From contig JBHPGL010000002.1 in NCBI GenBank assembly GCA_042570655.1, forward strand, positions 1 to 47,883: a stretch of 47,883 bases of DNA. The letters are read 5' to 3'. The stretch comes from Nanobdellota archaeon. GTDB lineage: Archaea; Nanobdellota; Nanobdellia; Woesearchaeales; JBHPGL01. Positions 1-13,900 of the stretch are shown in pieces. The notes beneath the pieces were generated by a model. The model saw only the letters and a program-made list of their open reading frames with translations. It had not been told where the DNA came from and searched no databases. The position numbers were made by a program, and so were the translations under genes. How positions within the stretch are numbered: position 1 is the stretch's first letter; each line of letters starts with the position of its first letter.

Positions 1-1
1 T

Positions 2-895
2 AATAAATTATTATTCCTGATAATTGGTTTCTTAATCCCAACAACCATATTCTTGATTTTTAATTATTTTAAATATCACGATATTCTATTACCATTCAAA
101 TCCGCAACTTACATAATAAGAAACGCAGGAACTTGGATATTTACAAAACCTTGGTATTTTTACTTTGAGAATATTTTTCTTGAAAATTATTTCTATATTT
201 TTTTTATTTTAGGATTTTTCGTTCTAATAATTTTATTAATTAAATCTTATAAGAAAAATCAATTTCACAATGAATCGGTAATAAATAAACTATCAATTTT
301 AGTTATTATCATTTTAGGATTAACTTATTTTATTTGGCTACCTCATAAAGAAATGAGATTCATGATTTTATTATTACCATTTTTAGCAATTGTAACAGCA
401 TTAGGTATATCAACAATCATTAACAAATTGAAAAGAATAAATAAAATTTCAAGCATAATTTTTACAATAATTATGATTTTACTATTAATATTTCCAATCA
501 TTAAATGTTTTAATATAAATGAACAACCAATCGATAATCAAGAATATGTAAAATATTTGCATGATAAAAGTCCAATGGGAGAAATCCTCGTCGGCTATCC
601 GACTATTAATCTCTATATAAATAAAAATGTCCATCTAATCTATTTCCCTGTTTACAATTCAACTTTAGCTGAATACTATACTAATTATATATTAATAAAT
701 AAAGATAAAATAGAATATTTCTTTTTCGACACTTGTCTTGGTGGAACAATATGTCCACCTCACGATACCAACTGTCATCCTCAAACCCAAAAACTTATAG
801 AAACTTTAGATAACAATTATAATCTAACTTATTTCAAACAGATAGGATCATGCAATTATTACATATATAAAAATTTATTATATATACAAAAATAA
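2..895 (+). CDS. GT-C fold membrane glycosyltransferase (PMT_2/ArnT or Alg9-like), 5' end truncated by the window edge
   Basis: Frame is open from position 2. Several TM helices, and the motif PHKEMRFMILLLPF matches the HKExRF motif of Alg9/PIG-B-type and archaeal GT-C enzymes. Soluble C-terminal domain. Confidence 0.75.
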   Translation, partial: NKLLFLIIGFLIPTTIFLIFNYFKYHDILLPFKSATYIIRNAGTWIFTKPWYFYFENIFLENYFYIFFILGFFVLIILLIKSYKKNQFHNESVINKLSILVIIILGLTYFIWLPHKEMRFMILLLPFLAIVTALGISTIINKLKRINKISSIIFTIIMILLLIFPIIKCFNINEQPIDNQEYVKYLHDKSPMGEILVGYPTINLYINKNVHLIYFPVYNSTLAEYYTNYILINKDKIEYFFFDTCLGGTICPPHDTNCHPQTQKLIETLDNNYNLTYFKQIGSCNYYIYKNLLYIQK

Positions 896-911
896 ATAAA
901 AAGTGAAAACT

Positions 912-1403
912 TCACTTCCTTTTCCTAACCTTAATCATGTCACCTAATGTTAAAACAGAACGCAATGTATTAGTTTTTTCTTTTTCTTCTTCCTCGATTG
1001 GAGCTTCATATTCTTCAATTAAAGTTACTTTTAAAAAACGCTCTAATTTTTCTGCAAGTTTAATGCTAGGTTCAAACTTTCCTTGTTCAAGTTGCTGAAT
1101 TATTGATTCTTTTTCAGAAACCTTTGCAGCAAATTCCTTTTGTTTCAATCCCATCCTTTCTCTTTTATCTCTGATTAATTTAGAATAATCAGGAACAATA
1201 TATCTTTCTTTAACAGGCTGTTCAATTCTTCGCATTCTTTTCTTTTGAACAAAAACTTTTTTTCTTTCTACTACTTCAGGTTCAATTTTTTCAAGAACTT
1301 GACCGTATTTAGCACAATCCCCGCAAACTTTTAAAGTTGACCCTTCTAATTTAGCTCGAAAATAATTTTCAATATCCTTACCGCACATCTCACATAGTAC
1401 CAT
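912..1403 (-). CDS. mbf1: Archaeal multiprotein bridging factor 1 (Zn-ribbon + HTH)
   Basis: N-terminal CEMCG...VCGDC zinc ribbon, Cro/C1 HTH (IRDKRERMGLKQKEFA...LEQGKFEP) and C-terminal TLGD motif typical of aMBF1. The ATG at 1403 is preferred over the TTG at 1415. Confidence 0.93.
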   Translation of the reverse strand: MVLCEMCGKDIENYFRAKLEGSTLKVCGDCAKYGQVLEKIEPEVVERKKVFVQKKRMRRIEQPVKERYIVPDYSKLIRDKRERMGLKQKEFAAKVSEKESIIQQLEQGKFEPSIKLAEKLERFLKVTLIEEYEAPIEEEEKEKTNTLRSVLTLGDMIKVRKRK

Positions 1404-1474
1404 ATTTACACCCAATTTATTATAATAGATTCAATTGATATTTATTTCTTCTGATTTTATAATACTTTTAATAT

Positions 1475-1652
1475 TATGTTAGCGCCAGGTTTATACGCGT
1501 AGCGTACGATATTGAAGTACTTCTATAAAATAGCCAGGAATGAAGACTCGTTCCCACGCCATTGTATTGGGAACATTTGAAAATTATTTATAATTTTCAT
1601 AAACGTTCGTAATCACATGAATTAATCATCAACCACGAAGCGCGCTAACATA
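1475..1652 (-). ncRNA. Candidate structured RNA of unknown family, upstream of mbf1
   Basis: Perfect 11-bp closing inverted repeat TATGTTAGCGC (1475-1485) / GCGCTAACATA (1642-1652) encloses several hairpins: GTTCCCA/TGGGAAC, TGAAAATTA/TAATTTTCA, TACGC/GCGTA, and UUCGUGGUU/GAUUACGAA with G-U pairs only on the minus strand. GC-richer than its flanks. Confidence 0.55.
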
Positions 1653-1669
1653 TAAAAAACTACTAAATC

Positions 1670-1684
1670 CGAAACATTTAAATA
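1670..1684 (+). promoter_or_regulatory. Putative archaeal BRE/TATA box (CGAAACA-TTTAAATA)
   Basis: Purine-rich stretch followed by TTTAAATA (1677-1684) in the divergent gap. It could serve the + operon and/or the minus-strand RNA starting at ~1652. Confidence 0.45.
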
Positions 1685-1711
1685 TGGCAGAAATTATATT
1701 TCTTAAAATTG

Positions 1712-1780
1712 ATAAGTTATATAGTTAATTTTATTTATGTAACTTATGTTAATAAAGTAACTAATATTACTAACATAACT
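1712..1780. promoter_or_regulatory. Candidate RHH operator (phased TAACT boxes and inverted repeats)
   Basis: TAACT at 1740, 1758 and 1776 (18-bp spacing); inverted repeats ATAAGTTA/TAACTTAT (1712/1740) and TTATGTTA/TAACATAA (1744/1771). The region is AT-rich, so chance cannot be excluded. Confidence 0.3.
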
Positions 1781-1851
1781 AATTAATTTCGGTAAAATCC
1801 CTTAATTTTACTGAAGAAATCAAATAATTGTAAGGGAAAAAGAGGGAAAAA

Positions 1852-1998
1852 TTGGGTAGAGTAAATATAGAAATTCCAGATGAAAAGCATAAGCAGGCTA
1901 AAATACATTGCGCTATTAATGATATTTCTTTAAAGGAATTTATAATTCAAGCTGTAATCGAAAAACTTGAGAGGGAATCTAATGAAAAGAAAAAATGA
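1852..1998 (+). CDS. Small ribbon-helix-helix DNA-binding protein (CopG/ParG-like), missing from the ORF track
   Basis: TTG start after GAGGG; MGRVNIEIPDEKHKQAKIHCAINDISLKEFIIQAVIEKLERESNEKKK (48 aa). It has the RHH beta strand (RVNIEI), helix A, and the S-x-x-E-F-I helix B. It overlaps the ATG of the first giant gene. Confidence 0.8.
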   Translation: MGRVNIEIPDEKHKQAKIHCAINDISLKEFIIQAVIEKLERESNEKKK

Positions 1999-4900
1999 AT
2001 TAGCCAATAGAATAGTAATATTTGGTTCAATCATTTTAGCTATAATACTCTTAAGTTCATTATCGTTAGTTCTTTCTAGTTTTGTAACATTTGAAATTAA
2101 TCCAGATCCATTAGTATCAGGAGAAGAGATTTCTGGAAATGCAAATTTAAATTTTAATTCTGATTTCTACCCGAAAAATTCATTAATTGTTTTAACAATT
2201 GATGACCTTACATCAGCACTTTATTTATGGGATTTGATTGAAGGTGAATCACAAAATGGAACATATGGTGAAGAAATTATTGAAGGATATTATGTTGAAA
2301 GTTCATTAGAAGAAATTGATTTAAGTTTATTTAATGTTAATGCACCTGATGAAGGAGAATATGTTTTAACTTTAAGTATTGTTTATGAAGGAGATATTTT
2401 AGACGAAGATTCTACAATTGTTACTGTCGAACCAGCTTCAGAAATGCCGTCATTAACTGTTCCTGAAACTCCTGAAGAACCAGAATTACCCCCAGAACCT
2501 CAAATCCCTCAAGAACCAGAAGTACCAGAACAGCCAGTAAATGAAACAGAAGAACCAGAACTTCCTGCTCAAGACCCGCCAGAACAACCAGTAAATGAAA
2601 CTCAAGAACCAAATGAAACAGAAGAAGTTGTTCCAGTTGATATGGGAATAATTGTTCCTGACTTTGGTGTTCAAGCATTACCAACATATTCAAATTTTGA
2701 TGGAAATACAACAGACTTTTCAGCAGTTCTAGATATTGAAGATGTACTAAACGCTGTTTTAGAAGTAGATGGTATAGGTAAAATTATGTGGACAACAGAT
2801 ATCAATGCTTCAGGAGCAGACTTTGATTCATATGTAACAATATCTGATAATCATATTATGGTTGATATTATAAATCTTGACTCATCTATGAATAATACAG
2901 CAGAGATAACATTCTATACAATATCACAAAATTATGACAATCCAACTCTTTATTGGGATCAAGATGATAATGGTGAATATGGACAATGTGAAGATTGTAT
3001 TTTCTTAAGTGACGATGGACAAAACATAACTTACTTTATTCCGCACTTTACATCATTTAAAATTGGTGAAAGTACTTATTTGGAAATTTGGGACCAAAGA
3101 GATCCAGAAGGCGGAAGTCAAGTTAAACATGTTAATGATTCTGTTATTTTTTACTCAAATTTTAGTTATACAAATACAACTGCAATAGTAAATGATTCAG
3201 GATCTGGTTGTAACATTACATTTAAAACATCAGGAAGTTATGGTCTATGGGACATAATGACTTTTAATGCAACATCAGATTTATATGAATATTCAAGAAA
3301 CTTTACAAATTCAGAACTTGTTTATTATAATGTAAGTTGTTATGATAACGAAACAGAAACATTAGAAGAAATAGATTCAATACAAATTGGTGATCTTGGA
3401 AATTATACAATTGATATAATAACACCGTTTGGTACAGATTTTGAAGCAGCCCAAAATGAATTCTTTGAATTTACAATTAATGTTACATGTAATGCTTTGT
3501 GTGGTCAGATAAATTTAACATTAGATCCGTTTGCAACAGGAGGAAACTTTAATGTATCAACAAAAATGGATTGGCATTCAGCAAATTCCACAACAGGAAA
3601 TCCATATGATGCAAGAACTTCTGGAGGATTCCAACCAACTGCAGATATGTCAGGTGGAGCCTTATCAGGAGATATTGGAGCATTAGCAAATACAGAACCA
3701 ATTATCCATAATGTAACAATTGAAACAGTTCCAGTATTTTATAATGCATTAACATATTGTAAAGCAAACGTATCAGATTTAGAATCAAATATTAATAATG
3801 TACGATTCAATTTATCATCAACTTCAAGAGAATTTATAATTAATGGAACATTAGTAAATGATTGGTATCAAGTAAATTTCTTTGCAAACGAAACAGGAAA
3901 TTGGACTTGTGACGTAATCGCTTATGATGCTTATGGATTAAATGATACATATTCAGTTTTATTTAATGTATCAGATAAATATGATGTAAATAATGGTGTA
4001 GTTCCAGTTGGTAGCGGTAATCCATTTTATACAAACGAATCAAATCCACAATCCTGCTTCTTAAATGAAACAGATACATTCTGTTCAATCACATGGTGGG
4101 TAAATGCAACAGGAGAATTATATACAACATTTGAATTCTTTATTATTGGTGAAGGCGAATATGAAGATAGAAACTCTTCAAAGATTAATGTTACAATAAA
4201 AGGAAATGCTCAACCAACATTAAATGATATTAGTATGCCATCTGTGATCGAAGAATCTAGTAACTTTACAATTACCGCAATTGGAGCTAATGATTTTGAA
4301 CAATCAAATTTAACATTCATATGTTCATATGATTCTAGTCCAAATATGACAAATACAATATGTAATGCAGGTACTACTTTTGTAACCTCTCCACCTTATG
4401 ATCTAACATGTAATGTTACAGCAGATTCAGATCACGAATATAATACCACTTATTGTCTTGTTTATGATGGTGGAAAATATTCAACTGTAGTATCAGATGA
4501 TTATATAGATAATGATTATCCAACGTTAGATTCAATATCATTAGTTCCGTCAACAGGTATGCTTTCAGAATTTGTAGTAACAACATCTATTAATGCAAAC
4601 GATGCTAGTAATGATCAATTGAAAATTAAATGTGGAACCTCTTCTTCAAATTACGATTTATGTGAATCTACTTTAGGAGCACCGCAAAGAAGTTGCACAT
4701 TTAATTCTCCTTGGAGCGATAATAGTGAACATGAAGTATATTGTATAATTGAAGATGAATATAGTTTCACATCATTTGAACGAAATACAAAATTCACAGC
4801 AGATAACATTGCTGCAACTACATTAAGCATTATTGGTGTCGAAGGAGATACAACATCAAAATATTGGGACACTGTAAACAATAATATGACAGTTATTCAA

Positions 4901-7900
4901 TTTAACCTTAATGAAACAGGAGATGTTTGTAGATATAATAATTATGATAGAACATATTCAACAATATCACCTACAAGAGAATGTACTGTTTCAGGTACAA
5001 TTGGAAGTTGTAATGCTTGGGATGTAATAAGAGATCAAATAAATTCTACATTTATTTATGTAAGTTGTAATGACCAATATAATAATGAACAAAATATTAG
5101 TATTAATTTGGATGTATACCTTGGAGTTGATTGGACAAAACCAACAGTAACAACTTCAAATGATGGAGATATATACCTTCCAGGTTATAATGTAACCTTT
5201 AATATTACAGATGTTCCGCAAGGAACATATAAAACTTCACAATATTGTGTTGATAGTGATAATACATGTTCACCTTCAACTGAAATCCAAACAAGTGAAA
5301 ATGTAACCTTTAATACAAGAGGTGTTTGGTATTTAAGATATAATGCAACTGATGAAGCTTTAAATAGAAATGAAACAAAAGCAACAATTGTATTTATTAA
5401 CCAACTTATTGAAATTTCAAACCCAGTATTTAACAATGTTTCTTATGAAAATCATATTATTAATATTTCATTTGACACATTAGAAAACGATTCATCACAA
5501 ACAGTAACTTGTAATTTATATCATAGAAGTAATATTACTGCAGGCGTATTTACAAGTAAAATGATGAATTTAACAAATGGCATTTCAACAAATGGCACAT
5601 TTACTGTTAACTTATCTTTATCTGACAGTTATTCAATCTCAGAACCAGTTCAGTTCTATGCAAATTGTTCCGATACTATGGAGGATGTACAGTCTGATAT
5701 GTACGTATATCAGATCGCTAATAGAGAACCTGTGCAGTCCTCCTTACTCCCAAATCAAACTTGGAAAGAAGACGAATCTTTAATTATAAATTTAAGCGAA
5801 TATTTAATTGACCTTGATGGAGATGCTGTAACATTTAATTCAAGTGGAACAACAAATATTAATGTTGTAATTACAAATGAAATGGCAAATCTAACTCCAA
5901 TTGATAATTGGTTCGGAATTGAATACGTTACATTTGGCATTAACGATACTCTATCAACCAGTAATTTAAGCAACCTAGTTAAATTAACAGTTTATTCAGT
6001 TCCAGACATTTATATGTCAACTTATTCAGGAACAGACTTTGAAGGAATTTCAGAAACATTCTCTGTTGATAAATATGTAAAAATATCAACAGTACTTGAT
6101 TACATACAAAACGTTTCAGCAGGTAACATTACCTTCCTTGATCCAATTACATTTGATAGAGATCTTAATATAGATTACAACGTATCCATAAATTATAATA
6201 GTATTACCATTGATTCAACAGGTGCACCAGAATTAAATGAACCAGCAGAAATCACCTTTGTCGGAGTTACAGAAATTGTAGTAACACCTTGGTTATATAA
6301 AGATGGTGTAAGATGTGATAACACTTCAGATTGCAGCTTTGTATCGATGGATCTTGGAAATGATATATTTAAATTCAATGTAACTTCATTTAGTACATAT
6401 CATATGAACAATTCAAATTATCCACCGACCATGGGTGCAGTTCAAGTTATCCCATCAACAGCATATATACATAACGATTATAATTGTAGTGCGATTGCTT
6501 CTGATGGAGAACAATCAACATTATCATATTACTTTACTTGGTATATTGATTCAGTACAAAATACAACTTGGGATACAACTGTTAATTGTGCAAATGGAAC
6601 AATATGTTATACAGACACCTTAATACCAAGTTATGCAATTAAACATTTTGAAAATTTAACTTGTGAAGTTTATGCGAACGATTTAACATTCAACAGTTCC
6701 AAGAACTCAGATTCAATAACAATCCTAAATAGCCAAACTACATTTGATTTTAATTTAGCTAATCAAAGTCTTTTCAACAATGCAAATTTAACATATGACA
6801 TTAATTGTTCAGATAATGATACAGATACAATAACTTATTATGATGACACTATTTTATTTGATATAAATAGTTCAACAGGATTGATTGAAGATGATCCAGA
6901 TGTAATTGAAACTGGCAATTATTCAATTACAATTACTTGTTCAGATTCATATATTAATACAACTCAATCATTTGTTTATGAAATTAGAAATAGAATACCA
7001 ACAACAACAAATTTAATATTAAATTCAACAGATGATCCTTTAAATAGAACAAGAGGAAATCTATACTTCTACTATACTTATAATGATAATGATAACAATG
7101 CAGAAGTTACAAAAATTATTAAATGGTATAGAGACGATCTCGAAATTGATTATTTAGAAAATCTAACAACAATTGCAAATTCATCAACATTAAAAGGTCA
7201 AACCTGGATAGCTTCTATTTCAGTGTTTGACGGATTTGAATGGAGTGTATTTGGAAATTCATCATCTATAACAATTGAAAACACAGCCCCTGTGTTCAGT
7301 GTACCATTACAAAATCAATCTGTTTACCATAGTGACGAACTTTATTATACAATCTCATGTGATGATGAAGATACAGCAGACACTATGATCTATTATGATA
7401 ATTCACCAATGTTTGACATACATCCGCTAGCAGGTGCAATGAACGATAATCCAAATCAAAGTGAAGTTGGCGTATATAATATAATAATCAATTGTTCAGA
7501 TGGCATGGTAAATGCAACAGATAATTTCAATTATACAATATTAAATTATATACCAGAATCACAAAATCTTATAATATCAAATTCAGATTCATTAAATAGA
7601 ACAAATGGAGATATAATTTCTTATTATGAATATTATGACAATGATAATGATCCAAAATCAGATCAACATATAATTTGGTACTTGAATGATACATTACAAC
7701 CATCATTAGAAAATCTTACATCAATTCCAAACACACAAACAACAAAAGCAGACAATTGGAAATTTGCAGTTAGAGTAAATGACGGACTTGATTGGAGCCA
7801 ATTTGTAAATTCATCATCAATACAAATAGTAAATGCAGCACCTTACTTTGAAATTGATAATCGAACTATGGATGAAGATTCAGTTGAATTCATAAATCTG

Positions 7901-10900
7901 ACTTTTAAATCTGATGATTATGATGGAGATAATCTTGTATGGACTGTTATCCAGGAAAACACAAGCGAAGCAGATTGTAATATTGTTTCAGATAACTTAT
8001 CGATCATACCTCCATTAAACTGGTTTGGCATTGCTTCATGCACAATTAATGTAACAGATGGCGAAAGTACAAATCAAAGTACATTCTATATTAATGTAAC
8101 AAATGTAAACGATCCACCTTCAACAGTAACGTTAACAAATCCAATAGAAATGTTCAATACAAGCAATTACTTTGAAATGTTTAATTGGACAATCGCTACA
8201 GATGTAGATCCAGACACTTTAACATACTATTTAATTATTGATAATAGTCCAACATTTACTTCAACAGATTCAAATTCATCAACATTAAACCTTTATTATT
8301 ATGAAAATCTAACAGAGCTTACAGATAACATTTATTATTGGAAAATTATAGTATGTGATGATGGCACACCTTCACTTTGTAATTCCAGTACAACAAATAG
8401 AACAATGAATATTGATAGAACAGCTCCAGATATTACAATTGATAATCCTCAAACAGATAATAAGTTAGGATATAATGTTAATTTACAGAATACAATAGCA
8501 GATAATACAGCAGGAGCAGTCGGCGTTGATCAAGCATGGTACTTAATATATAATTCAACAGGATCATTAACTTCTTCAGGAACATTATCAGGACCAAGTT
8601 ATGATAGTGTTTGGGCAACAACCTTAAACAATCCTCCAGATGACTATTACACATTAATTGTATATGCAAATGATACTCTAGGAAATGAAGATAATGAAAG
8701 TGTATCATTCTACCTTGATAATACAGTCCCAGCAATAAATATTATTTATCCAAACAATATCAATTTAACAAATGACTTTAACATTGATGTAAGATTAAGT
8801 AATTTAATGTTAGATTATAGTTATTATAACATTACAAATTCAACAGGATATAATTTAAGATCAAACATTACATATAATATTAATGCAGTAGAATATAATT
8901 GGACAGACTTTGCAGAAATAATATCTTGGAACGATGACATATATAATATCACAGTATTTGTTAAGGACGTCTCAGGAAATAATAATACACAGTTTGCAAA
9001 TTTCATAATTGACCAAACACCTCCAAAATATTCAGGAGTTGTAACAACAACACCAATTTATAATGATGTAAATGTAAATTTAAATGTAACTTGGACAGAC
9101 AATCTTGCAGGAATTAAAAATGTAACAATTGAAACAAATGCATCAGGCATTTGGGAATCGACATTAACTTTATACAATAGTGGAAGCGAATATTATATAA
9201 TCATTCCAAGTTCAGCACTTGAAAATCAAGAAGTAGTAGGATGGAGATCTTATTCATATGATACTGCAGGAAATTATAATGAAACCCCAATTTATGCATT
9301 CCAAGTACAGAATAGAATGCCAAACGTTACTTCAACATTCATTACAACAGATGATACATTGAATAGAACATTAGCAAATCTTACATCAAATTATGTTTAT
9401 TATGATATTGATGGTGATGCAGAAAATATGTCTTACATAAAATGGTATTTGAATAATACAGAAATAACAGCATTAGAAAATTCATCAACAGTACTAAATA
9501 CATTTACAACAAAACATGATAGATGGATATTATCAGTAAAAGTACATGACGGTCTTGTGTGGAGCACTTGGTTAAATTCATCAGAAGTAATTATCAATAA
9601 TTACCTACCATTTATTACAAACGTAATATTAAATGCAACAGATCACCCATTTAATAAAACAGATGCAAACTTAGACATTTATTATCTATATAATGATTAT
9701 GATAACGATCCAGAATCAGATTATCACATTATTTGGTATTTAAACGAATCAATCCAACTAGGTCTTGAAAATCAAACCATAATTTTAGATGAAAATACTA
9801 CAAAACATGATATTTGGAAAGCTAGCATTTCAGTGTTTGATAATGAAGAATGGAGTTTATATGTAAATTCAAGTATAATACAAATATTAAATACTGCACC
9901 AATACATACAACTCCAACAATAACTCCAAATCCAGCATATAGACTTGACAATTTATTATGTAACAATCATTCTACATTTGATCAAGATAATGATCCAGTA
10001 ACTAATAATTATAGATGGTTTAGAAATAATACATTGCTAGCTGAAACATCTAATACATTACCAACAGGAAACTTTGAATATGGAGATTATATTATTTGTG
10101 AAATAACTCCATTTGATCAGGAAGAATATGGAGTTCCTAAAAACAGTTCAGCAATAATGATCCAAAATCATGCACCATTATTAACAGCTATGATAATGCA
10201 GCCAACAGCAGGTAGAAACAATACTTATGTAAACTTAACAAGTTACAATGCAACAGATGTTGATTTACATGATCTTACTTTAATGTGTGGTAATCAATCT
10301 GGAACTTATAATTTATGTACAAGTACTGCAGGACAACCTCAAAGAGAATGTCAATTTAATACAATATGGACAGACGACATTCCACATTCAATCTATTGTG
10401 TTGTAAATGATGGAATAGAAAATTCAAATGAAATTGAAATTGCATTCTTAGCAGATAATACAGCACCAATTATGGATACAAATGATATAATTAAACTTGA
10501 CTCAGATTACACTTCTCCTTATTGGGACGCAGTTAACAACGGATTTACCAAATTATACATTCAAGGAGAAATAAATATGGATTGTAGATGGAACAATAGT
10601 GATATTTCATATGGCGAAATGTTAAATGCTACAGAATGTACTATGATAGATGAAAACACTACATGTAACTTTGGAAATCTGGTACAAGCAAGTGCATATC
10701 CAGGATATTATATAGCATGTCAAGATCAATATGGAAATCAACAAAATAGTACTACTAATATAAATATACCAACATTCGGTGTAGATTGGACAGATCCAAA
10801 TGTAACAGATAATATTAATGAAACTTATCTTTATACACCACTATTTAATGTTACCATGTATGAAGATGATTATCCAACAGGTACAACTGTAACAACTTAT

Positions 10901-13900
10901 TGTTGTGAAGACACAACAAATTCATGTACACCAAATATAGCATGTGACGATGGAGCAGGCGGATGGAATATTGTTAATTTCACATTTACTACATCTCAAA
11001 GGGGTGTTAGATATTTAAGATATTATGGAATGGACGAAGCAGGTAATACTCAAACATTAGTAAGTAGAGTAGTAAATGTTAAGGAAGGAATTACAATTAG
11101 TTCATATGAATATATTGATTATGTTGAACATGTATTTAATGTAAAAGCAAATGCATCGCAACCAGATCAATTAGCAATAACATGTAATTTGTGGCATAGG
11201 TTAAATAATACAGGTGGATATACTTCAAAAGCCATGAACCTTATTTCAGGACCTAGTTATAATGGTACTTATTCAGTAAATATCTCAAATTCAGATGGAT
11301 ATTCAACATTTGATATTGTAGAAATGTATGTAAATTGTATTGACCCAACAGAAAACTTTAATGGTTCATTAGATTATCATCAAATCCCTGACATTGCTCC
11401 ATATGTACCAGATTTAACATATCCATTTAACAACACTTATATTTATTGGCCAAACATTACTTTAAGATTTAATTCATCAGACATTGATCTAGATACTGTA
11501 ACATATTATGTGTTTGGTGATACAGTTGATGCAACTACATTAATTTATTCAGGAACAAATGATAATTATTTATGGGATCCTGGAACAGGGACTTATTTAT
11601 GGAAAGTAATTGCAGGAGACTTATACTTAAATTCATCTGCTTCAGATATCCACGAATTTACATTAAATACTACAGATTCAATACCTCCAACAACAACAGA
11701 TAACAGTACTGATAATTGGCAAACCTGGTTTGTAAATAATATTGTTATTGCACTAAATGCATCAGACTACGAATTCGGAGTTAACCATACAATGTATTGT
11801 GTAGATTATGATTATAATGCAGGTTGCACACCAAATATATTAAGTCCTGACAATTTTACTTCACTAACAATTTCATGTGCAGCAAATGAAGCATGTGTTA
11901 AATATGTTAGATATTATAGTGTTGATTATGCTAACAATACTGAAACAACACAACAAAGCCTTCCAATATATATTAACGGTGCTGATGGAGCAATTACAAA
12001 TTCAAATTCTACAGATTGTGTTTTGAAAAATACAATTAATATGGACAATTCAGATTGTCAAAATTCATATAAAGATGATGTAACAATGCAAAATAGTGTA
12101 GATATAAATTCAAGTGTTAAATCCTCTACAGAAATCGATTGTAACATAATAAGATCAGATTTCAATTATAGTTATTGTCAAAATTCAAACATTTATGATT
12201 CAGACATTATCTTTAGTGGAATTATTAATTCAATCATGGATAATATGACATTAATTGATGCAAATTATTCTGATAGTAATGATACTAACTCAGTACAATA
12301 TAGCGGTACTTTAATTGTAGATCCATCAATCTTGTTTAATAATAGTTATTATGGAGATAATGAAGTATATGATTCAAATGTTTCAAACTCAATACTTAAT
12401 AGTTCAATAATAGTTAATAGTGATATTAACTTTTCATACCTTGCAGAAGATTCATATATCTATAACATGACAATATTTAATTTATCAATTGACGGATGGA
12501 CAATTACAGGATCAGGATATTTAATTTATAATGGAACTACATACAACGAATCAAATAGTTTATTAGATATTTTCTGTGGAGATGGAATTTATAATTATCC
12601 TAATAAGGGAGCATTTGAAACATGCAACTCCTGTCCAGCTGATGTTGGTGCATGTCCTGTTGAAAGTAGAGGTGGTGGCGGCGGTCCAACAGTTGCTTGC
12701 AAACCTGATTGGAACTGTTCAGATTGGGGTGATTGTTCAGCTGTTGGAGAACAAACCAGAACATGTACAGATGCAAATGGTTGTTCAAGAACAAATTATA
12801 AAGTAACATACACTGGAGAAGGCGATGTCTTCTTTACAGAAAAAGATATCTTAACAATGGTAGAGACAAGAGAATGTACCCCGTATGTAGGAGAATCATG
12901 CCATGATCAGAAAATGAACCAAGATGAAACAGATATTGATTGCGGCGGAATTAGATGTAAGAAATGCGGCATAGGTATGAATTGTTTAACAAGAAACGAT
13001 TGTACTTCATTATTATGTGAAAATAATAAATGTATCGATGAAGATATTACAAAAGATTATTGTAATGATGGAATCTTAAATCTTGAAGAAACAAGCATAG
13101 ATTGTGGTGGAGCATGCGGTGATTGTGAAATTATTATCCAAGGATTGGAAGAAGAGTTCAAAACAAATACTTCATATACAATAAAAGTAATTAATTCAAA
13201 AGATTATCTTGTTGAAGGATTAAAATTAACAATTACACTTCCAGATGGATCTTTAATTGACATGATATCAAATGACCAAGGAGAATTATCTTTATTAATT
13301 ACACAATCAGGAAATGTTAATTTATTATTTGAAAAGTTAGGTCATTTAACAGAAGAATCTTCTATTATAGTTGAACCAAAACTAATTGACCAACCAGCTG
13401 GACCATCAATATTTAGTAGAATATATTCAGCAGTTAAACAAGCAGCAAATTATATTGTTCAAAATTATAAAATTACAATACTTCCAATTGTAATTGCAAT
13501 TATACTTGCATTAATGATTGTTAGGATACATGAATTTGGTAAGTTAAGATCATTTGCAATCAAAGAATTTAAAGCAGGATTTAGTAAAGAAAAAGTTCAC
13601 AATCATATGAAGAGAAAAGGAATCAAGAAACGTGAATTTGTTGAAAGATATATCAATAGATTAAGAAAAAAGAAATATGGTCGAAGAGATCGATTGAGAA
13701 AGGTTAAAAAATTAGCAGAAGCATCTGACGATGAAAAAATCGTAGAAGTCAAAAAGTCAAAACATTCATTTGATAAGAAAACCGATAAAATTGATTCAGA
13801 TTGGGGTAAGTTCCGAAAAACAATGAAAAAGGAACTTAAACATGAAAAAAAAGAAATTAAAACTGATAAAATTAAGGAAATCAAACGTCAAATTAAAGTT

